A DNA stretch of 64,000 bases. Source: a virus. Lineage: Duplodnaviria > Heunggongvirae > Uroviricota > Caudoviricetes. Numbering within the stretch: position 1 is the stretch's first letter; every line of letters starts with the position of its first letter. This document shows positions 58,768 to 64,000 of the stretch, piece after piece. The stretch spans positions 480,001 through 544,000 of the IMG/VR virus record IMGVR_UViG_3300020045_008999. One strand, written 5' to 3'. The position numbers and the translations under genes were made by a program. Below the pieces are notes generated by a model. The model did not search any database. It was not told the origin of the DNA and saw only the letters and a program-made list of their open reading frames with translations.

Positions 58768-58775
58768 TATACATT

Positions 58776-58985
58776 ATGTGTAAAAATAAAGGGGAATATA
58801 ATGGTAAGTGTAATATTACTAGTTGCTCGACCGGCATACCAGCGTTATGGTTTAATCATAGCACTGAATTATATTATTGCGCTTCATGTGCCAATCGTTT
58901 AAATAGTGACCCATATAATAAACAGGATGCGCAGCGATTATTTGGTCATGATTTGTGTACTAAAACAATCCACTTAAATGAATAA
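58776..58985 (+). CDS. small Cys-rich (Zn-finger) protein
   Basis: CNITSC...YYCASCA. Confidence 0.55.
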   Translation: MCKNKGEYNGKCNITSCSTGIPALWFNHSTELYYCASCANRLNSDPYNKQDAQRLFGHDLCTKTIHLNE

Positions 58986-59331
58986 TGAATTGATCATATT
59001 GAAAAATATACTCAATGAATTCCTAACTATTAATACCGAACGGGCCTCAGTGGAGGTTGTTAATCAGGCAATGGGAATTATCGGGTTTATATCATTACCA
59101 TATCTTGAATATCTTGAGTGTTGGTATATTAGTACAGCACACACTATTTGTATTGACTTTACTGATGGACCGGCCACACTGTTTTTAGAAATTGGTAAAA
59201 CTAAATTGGGATATTTTACAGATGGTGAGTATAAAACATATCAGGATAAATTAGACATAGATTCTGTTGACAACACCCGGCTCGCAATTACACTTTTGAA
59301 TAATGATTTCAGTAAAGCATTTAAATCATAA
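58978..59331 (+). CDS. hypothetical protein
   Basis: 117-aa ORF in operon. Confidence 0.5.
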   Translation: MNNELIILKNILNEFLTINTERASVEVVNQAMGIIGFISLPYLEYLECWYISTAHTICIDFTDGPATLFLEIGKTKLGYFTDGEYKTYQDKLDIDSVDNTRLAITLLNNDFSKAFKS

Positions 59332-59335
59332 TAAT

Positions 59336-59755
59336 ATGAATAGACCATTATTCCGGGCAATTGCCAGTAAGACAGCAGCCAGCAGCATTTTTTGGGACGA
59401 AAAATTTGTCAATGGATGTGTGATACACAGTCCCGATAAAATAACATCACGCATAATAAATGATGAAACAGACGTTGAAGTGGATAGTGATACAATTGGC
59501 AGATTTACTAATCTCGAAAATAAAGATGGGCATGAATTATGTGCGGGTGATTTAATATTTCTATACGGTAAACTATACACAATTGTAGATCATGTTTGGA
59601 AATTTTCATTTGAACGCAATTTGGTTTATTTTGGTGAGAATAAGGAAATTGACTTAGACGAAGATACTGCATACGAAGCAGTCTTAGTGGGTAACATACA
59701 CCAAAACATTGATCTAGTAAAAAGTGAAAAAATAAAATATGAACAAATGTTATAA
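59336..59755 (+). CDS. YopX family protein
   Basis: LFRA, TIGRFTNLENKDGHELCAGDLI, VGNIHQN; ATG at 59336. Confidence 0.7.
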   Translation: MNRPLFRAIASKTAASSIFWDEKFVNGCVIHSPDKITSRIINDETDVEVDSDTIGRFTNLENKDGHELCAGDLIFLYGKLYTIVDHVWKFSFERNLVYFGENKEIDLDEDTAYEAVLVGNIHQNIDLVKSEKIKYEQML

Positions 59756-59780
59756 AAATCAAATTATTAACATTTTAGGT

Positions 59781-59815
59781 AAAAAAACCCCCCATTATAA
59801 ATAATGGGGGGTTTT
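59781..59815. terminator. bidirectional intrinsic terminator
   Basis: AAAACCCCCCATTAT/ATAATGGGGGGTTTT. Confidence 0.85.
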
Positions 59816-59830
59816 GTATATATAACTTAG

Positions 59831-60811
59831 TTACATATTTGCAAAGAAGTCTTCATCGCTGGTATCGGATACCGTTTGAAAAGAATTTTCTTCTGGTACC
59901 AAAGTTTCTTCTAAGTCAAAATCATTTGCGGATGGTTTAGTATTACCAAATCCACTTGGAACTGATCCTGTAAGAAATGCTTTAATTTCAATAATTTTGG
60001 TATTTTGCTCCGGTGTTAATTTTTTAGGTGCATAATCAGCCAATTCATGATCTCTGTCCAAAAGGAAATCTTTAACAATTTGGTGAAATTTAGGATTTAT
60101 CTTTTTCACAAATTTACCATCCACTTCAACCTCAGATAATGGAACGTTTCCAAAAACTGCCTTTTCTTTGTTATAAATTGGTAATGAAGAAGACTCTTGT
60201 CTAAACATAGCATTTTTATAATCTGGGTAAGTAATTTCGCCCGTTTGGATTTCTTTTGCGATTAATACGAAATCTTTACCATCAATCCAGTCAAAAACAT
60301 TGCATTCAACACCTGAAATCTCACCAGTTTTTTCTTGGATGATTTTGTCTTGGATGATTTTACCATATTGAAAAATCATAATTTTCCCAACTAATTCCGG
60401 TTGTTGCTCATCTTCCATGATCAATACATATGAATAGTATTTTCTTGAATATTGTAAGCATTTTGCTTTTTCCACCTGAACCGCATTTCCTGACTTTGTC
60501 ATTGTGTAGTACAAGCTACTTAATTCACAATCTTCATTGAAGTTTTTTGGTGAGTCAAAAAATCCAGATAATTCTTTAACGTTTTTGATGTTTACGTAAT
60601 GAGAAATTTTCTCAATTGCGGATTGACCAAATGTCAATTCTTTTGTCAAGTTTGGCAAAAATCTGATTACCGAACGGTAACCCCTTTTTTTGTCTTTTAC
60701 CTTACTCAAGTCAACTCTATACATTCCGTCCGAGTTTACTGTTTTCTTATCTTCTAAGAAATCCATTTTTGTGTTTAGATCTACGCTAAACAAGTCATCT
60801 AATTCTGCCAT
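59831..60811 (-). CDS. T4 gp32-like single-stranded DNA-binding protein
   Basis: SVIRFLP, YYSYVLIMED..PELVGKIMIFQYGK, FDW..GKDF, acidic tail DEDFFANM. Confidence 0.8.
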   Translation of the reverse strand: MAELDDLFSVDLNTKMDFLEDKKTVNSDGMYRVDLSKVKDKKRGYRSVIRFLPNLTKELTFGQSAIEKISHYVNIKNVKELSGFFDSPKNFNEDCELSSLYYTMTKSGNAVQVEKAKCLQYSRKYYSYVLIMEDEQQPELVGKIMIFQYGKIIQDKIIQEKTGEISGVECNVFDWIDGKDFVLIAKEIQTGEITYPDYKNAMFRQESSSLPIYNKEKAVFGNVPLSEVEVDGKFVKKINPKFHQIVKDFLLDRDHELADYAPKKLTPEQNTKIIEIKAFLTGSVPSGFGNTKPSANDFDLEETLVPEENSFQTVSDTSDEDFFANM

Positions 60812-60850
60812 AATTGCCGTTTTTAATTTTTTAATTGTTTTTATTTTAAG

Positions 60851-60877
60851 TTATACTCAGTTTTAATGAAAAAGTTT
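60851..60877 (-). promoter_or_regulatory. putative ECF-type promoter AAACTT-N15-GTATAA
   Basis: Both boxes and the spacing are identical to the site upstream of the sigma gene. Confidence 0.65.
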
Positions 60878-60980
60878 AGATTATTTGAATAATTTTATTT
60901 ATCTTTGTTCATTGAAACAATTGTTATACACACATTATATGTATAAGTTGTTTAAAATATCAAAATAAAAATATTAGCAT

Positions 60981-61169
60981 ATGAATGAATTCGTAAAGAA
61001 TATGGTCATATCAATGATTTCGTTGGGTTTGACACTGTATATACTATTTTGCATACCATGTAAAGTGGGTGATGTTATATGGTTATGCAGCCTCGTCCCA
61101 AACTTCGTATTCGGGATATATCTATCCAAAGCAATATACCCAATCCGTTCTAAGATCACACGTAATTAA
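60981..61169 (+). CDS. small two-TM membrane protein
   Basis: Two hydrophobic helices; host-type TATCTTTG at 60900-60907. Confidence 0.5.
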   Translation: MNEFVKNMVISMISLGLTLYILFCIPCKVGDVIWLCSLVPNFVFGIYLSKAIYPIRSKITRN

Positions 61170-61181
61170 ATTCGAAAAAAC

Positions 61182-61322
61182 ATGAAGGCAATAAAACAAT
61201 GGATATTGGATTTTTTAAATAAACAAGAGGAAAGACGCAACCGGGAACCAAACGCTAAAAGGGATCAGGCCAGTATATCTTCGGAGCTCTCTAATTTATC
61301 AAATATATTTAAACATAAATGA
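61182..61322 (+). CDS. 46-aa hypothetical protein (not in ORF track)
   Basis: MKAIKQWILDFLNKQEERR...; its TGA overlaps the next ATG (ATGA). Confidence 0.45.
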   Translation: MKAIKQWILDFLNKQEERRNREPNAKRDQASISSELSNLSNIFKHK

Positions 61323-61549
61323 ACATGAGCGAAATGAGCATGGATGAAACCTTGGCGTATATAATTAGTGATTTGAAAATTAAAAATCGCGTTATAGTAA
61401 TTGATAACATATTGAACAATCTAGATGCACCATTATTAACTATAAGAGATCATCCTAAATATATTCAAAAAATAAATTCTTTTAATAATTGTAGTAAATC
61501 TTACTTTAGTAGCAGTTCCGGACTTAGAAGGTTGCTTAAAAAATATTAA
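61319..61549 (+). CDS. hypothetical protein, paralog of 61968..62192
   Basis: DLKIKNRVIVIDNILNNLDAPLLTIRDHP. Confidence 0.55.
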   Translation: MNMSEMSMDETLAYIISDLKIKNRVIVIDNILNNLDAPLLTIRDHPKYIQKINSFNNCSKSYFSSSSGLRRLLKKY

Positions 61550-61569
61550 ATTTATAAAACTATGCCAAA

Positions 61570-61965
61570 ATGAGTGATCAGTCAATTTATGTTACCAAAC
61601 GACATACTATAGATCTAGTGAGTGAAAACTTGATTTATGTATTACAAGAAAAATTCAATTTTGACTATCAGGTGAATAGTGCATTTATTGAAATACAAAC
61701 TGTTTTCGGACAAGCTGATCTAGGTGGTCCAATACTAATTGAAGATTTGATCACTTTGTTGAAGAATTTGAAGGAAATGGGTAGCACCCATGTTGAAATT
61801 GACTACCATATTGATCACGGTGAGTACCTACTTAGTGGATACATTATAGAAGAGTCATCCGAAGAAGAAATAGCAAAGTGGAAAGTTAATAAAACCCAAA
61901 TGGATTTGAGGAACCTGAGAATTCGGGAACTACAAGAAGAAATAAATGAATTAAGACGTATATAA
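61570..61965 (+). CDS. hypothetical protein
   Basis: GSTHVEIDYHIDH; coiled-coil C-terminus. Confidence 0.55.
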   Translation: MSDQSIYVTKRHTIDLVSENLIYVLQEKFNFDYQVNSAFIEIQTVFGQADLGGPILIEDLITLLKNLKEMGSTHVEIDYHIDHGEYLLSGYIIEESSEEEIAKWKVNKTQMDLRNLRIRELQEEINELRRI

Positions 61966-61967
61966 AA

Positions 61968-62192
61968 ATGGAAAATGATACAACAATCACTCTGACTGAT
62001 GATAAAATCGCAGAGATTACCAGGGATATAAAAGCTAAAAATAGAATAATTACTACTTCCAACATCATAGATAATACGGATAAACCATTACTTAGTATAA
62101 TGGACCACCCCACATTCGCGGTCAAGTATCATTATGGACACATCGATGCCAATGGTGTGGATGTTCACTATTTAATTGAGTATTATAAATAG
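61968..62192 (+). CDS. hypothetical protein, paralog of 61319..61549
   Basis: DIKAKNRIITTSNIIDNTDKPLLSIMDHP. Confidence 0.55.
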   Translation: MENDTTITLTDDKIAEITRDIKAKNRIITTSNIIDNTDKPLLSIMDHPTFAVKYHYGHIDANGVDVHYLIEYYK

Positions 62193-62236
62193 CAAATCAC
62201 CATTTAATATATACTGCAAATAAAAAAATATTAGAA

Positions 62237-62479
62237 ATGGAAAATATTAAAAAATATGAAGACTTTGGTGCTGACGATAAGTATTCTGATAAACAATTTA
62301 GATTAGAAGATCGCCGTGGCAAGGGGCAGCGAGTTGTGCTTCCGCAAAAACACTTTTTAGACACATGGGATTTATACCAATTGAGCTACGATGAAGTTTC
62401 CTTACTCGATTTCCTTACCGAGAGTAATATAGGTGATTCGTGGGAGGATTCTAGTTATAAAATAACCTGTATTGGGTAA
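62237..62479 (+). CDS. small protein with capsid-targeting-like N-terminus
   Basis: MENIKKYEDF; TTTAATATATA at 62203-62213. Confidence 0.6.
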   Translation: MENIKKYEDFGADDKYSDKQFRLEDRRGKGQRVVLPQKHFLDTWDLYQLSYDEVSLLDFLTESNIGDSWEDSSYKITCIG

Positions 62480-62483
62480 AACC

Positions 62484-62515
62484 AAAAAGCAATGATTTAT
62501 ATCATTGCTTTTTTT
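62484..62515. terminator. bidirectional intrinsic terminator
   Basis: AAAAAGCAATGAT/ATCATTGCTTTTT. Confidence 0.75.
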
Positions 62516-62519
62516 ATTT

Positions 62520-62816
62520 CTATCCCATTGCATCAGACGAAAATGGATGATCATCATCTGAATTCCATGAATCTATATTGACTTTTCCATGAAATGCTTT
62601 CCACCTAGCATTGGCAGGGGAAATTCGAGTTGTGTTGTTGCGTTTGTTTGGAGTGACTGAATTCCAATACGCGTCTTTACACACCGTCCCCGGTTTGTTC
62701 TTACAAAATGCTTGTTGATGTTGCGTTTTGACAAAACACTCATTGCAGCTTGGACAAAAACATTTATCACCGATTACTAATTCCTTATTTAACTTATATC
62801 TTTCTACTTTTTTCAT
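62520..62816 (-). CDS. Zn-finger hypothetical protein
   Basis: CPSCNECF...QAFC...VCKD. Confidence 0.55.
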   Translation of the reverse strand: MKKVERYKLNKELVIGDKCFCPSCNECFVKTQHQQAFCKNKPGTVCKDAYWNSVTPNKRNNTTRISPANARWKAFHGKVNIDSWNSDDDHPFSSDAMG

Positions 62817-63467
62817 TTAGTTTAAATTCCATTTATATTCATAATCATCTCCTAAGTTTTCTTGCAAAGACCGTTCTACTAGCAACCGTAAATTATCCCA
62901 GAAACAATTATTATTTTTCAATATTGCTAAAATATCATCTCGGTTTATAACCCGTGCTTTATCCAATAATACTTCTTTCAATGTGTACCAATTTACCCCT
63001 GCACAATTCGTAACAATCACCATATTCCCCTTTACATCTTTATTAACACCATATTTAACGATTGATTGTCCCCAAAATTGTTTAATGTCTTTTGATATTA
63101 ATTCTGTTTCTATTTTCGACCTAAATTTAACCTGAACTGTCAATGGGTTACTTTTCAAACACAATCCAATTCCATCTACTCCATTATCATTCCCACTAAC
63201 AATTGGTTTGTATGTGGATATACACACACTACTGTGCGAACCACACAGATGGATCAATGCTTCGGTAAATATTTCAAATAAATCCCCTTTCATTTTATTA
63301 GTGCCACTTTTACCGGGATCATAACCAAAGTATTCAGCATGTTTTTTACTAATTTTCTGAATGCGATACTCCAGTGATCCGAATGAATTATTACCACTGA
63401 AAAGGGTTCTGTAAATATTTTCATCTTTAGAAAATAATGATATGAATTGCTCGTGTCTTATACGCAT
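62817..63467 (-). CDS. PD-(D/E)xK restriction-endonuclease-like protein (Mrr-like)
   Basis: KGDLFEIF, DNGVDGIG, VQVKFR, IVTN. Confidence 0.65.
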   Translation of the reverse strand: MRIRHEQFISLFSKDENIYRTLFSGNNSFGSLEYRIQKISKKHAEYFGYDPGKSGTNKMKGDLFEIFTEALIHLCGSHSSVCISTYKPIVSGNDNGVDGIGLCLKSNPLTVQVKFRSKIETELISKDIKQFWGQSIVKYGVNKDVKGNMVIVTNCAGVNWYTLKEVLLDKARVINRDDILAILKNNNCFWDNLRLLVERSLQENLGDDYEYKWNLN

Positions 63468-63549
63468 AAATTTTAATAAGATGTATTGATTCTAAGCAAT
63501 ACAAATGTTTATTTTTACAATTCTATTCCGATGTAAATAGGAATAGAAT

Positions 63550-64000
63550 TTAACCAATATTATTCACAATATTTTCTATGTATCGGATTTCAGCATTATT
63601 GAAATTAAAATATTTATATAGCTTATTATCGTCAAAATTGACATCAAGTGGAATTGCTGGAATATATTGATTAAACATTTTTTTAGATAATTCCTCAAAT
63701 GTATTATACTTTATAAAAACATATCTAAACCATGTAGATCTCCCAATATACCAAGCCAGCTTTTCATACTCTTCCCGATTAGTAACATACATATACATTA
63801 TTGACCGAGAAACTGCGATGTCACTGTCCATAAAATTACTATATATAAAATCTCGATCAAGCCTACGGTGGTTCTTCATACTATTGAAATTACCACTCGC
63901 CCTAGGCATCACAATCTTACATCCAGTTAATCCTTTATCATTATTGATGTAATGAAACTCTATTTTTTTACCACCACCCAAACGACTAAGCATTTTCACT
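63550..64000 (-). CDS. C-terminal part of a probable DNA methyltransferase / specificity domain (truncated by window edge)
   Basis: KIVMPRASG, IPAIPL..FDDNKLYKYFNFNNAEIRYIE, a typical adenine-MTase C-terminus; catalytic motifs are not in the window. Confidence 0.45.
   Translation of the reverse strand, partial: VKMLSRLGGGKKIEFHYINNDKGLTGCKIVMPRASGNFNSMKNHRRLDRDFIYSNFMDSDIAVSRSIMYMYVTNREEYEKLAWYIGRSTWFRYVFIKYNTFEELSKKMFNQYIPAIPLDVNFDDNKLYKYFNFNNAEIRYIENIVNNIG

Noticed and set aside
345-62950. Many antisense or nested ORFs in the track (e.g. 345..884, 9253..9669, 21661..22116, 39913..40320, 52360..52746, 55178..55516)
   Set aside because: They overlap well-supported genes, lack motifs and look like shadow frames.
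1-64000. Stop-codon reassignment, as in some large phages
   Set aside because: Conserved genes (uvsX, thyA, clpC, gp46-like, smpB) are full length in the standard code, and TAG and TGA both end genes at sensible positions.
1-64000. Bacterial chromosome origin (ligA, dnaJ, smpB, clpC, thyA, trxA)
   Set aside because: These genes are interspersed with UvsX, gp46-like, gp32-like and fibre genes and many small ORFans, with no cellular operon context.

Overview
AT-rich, gene-dense 64-kb segment of a large (jumbo-type, T4-like) dsDNA phage. The host is most likely a Bacteroidota bacterium, judged from TAnnTTTG host-type promoters and A-rich translation starts without Shine-Dalgarno sequences; the standard genetic code is used. 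Recognisable genes: NAD-dependent DNA ligase (partial), ECF sigma factor, thioredoxin, M16 peptidase, DnaJ, SmpB, gp46/Rad50-like ATPase, UvsX/RecA, RuvC-like resolvase, tail-fibre-like genes, Nudix hydrolase, ThyA, a SpoT/Mesh1-type HD hydrolase, a PTH2-like protein, a ClpC-like ATPase, a gp32-like SSB and a tRNA-Gln(UUG). Four observations stand out. (1) A classical-looking ribosome-dependent attenuator (26-codon leader with three Gln codons and alternative 1:2/2:3/3:4 hairpins) ends 2 nt before the tRNA-Gln gene. (2) Two divergent arrays of paralogous ~100-125-aa domains (11 genes, 21 units) begin with an MKHIKLFENF-type motif and carry [ILV]-x-E sites between domains, suggesting capsid-targeted polyproteins cut by the prohead protease. 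(3) A shared R-x3-I-x2-[IL]-[LI] helix is appended to about 16 otherwise diverse proteins. (4) Three promoter classes (host-type, ECF-type, late TATATA) are readable directly in the DNA. All calls come from motif reading by eye; no database search or folding calculation was run.
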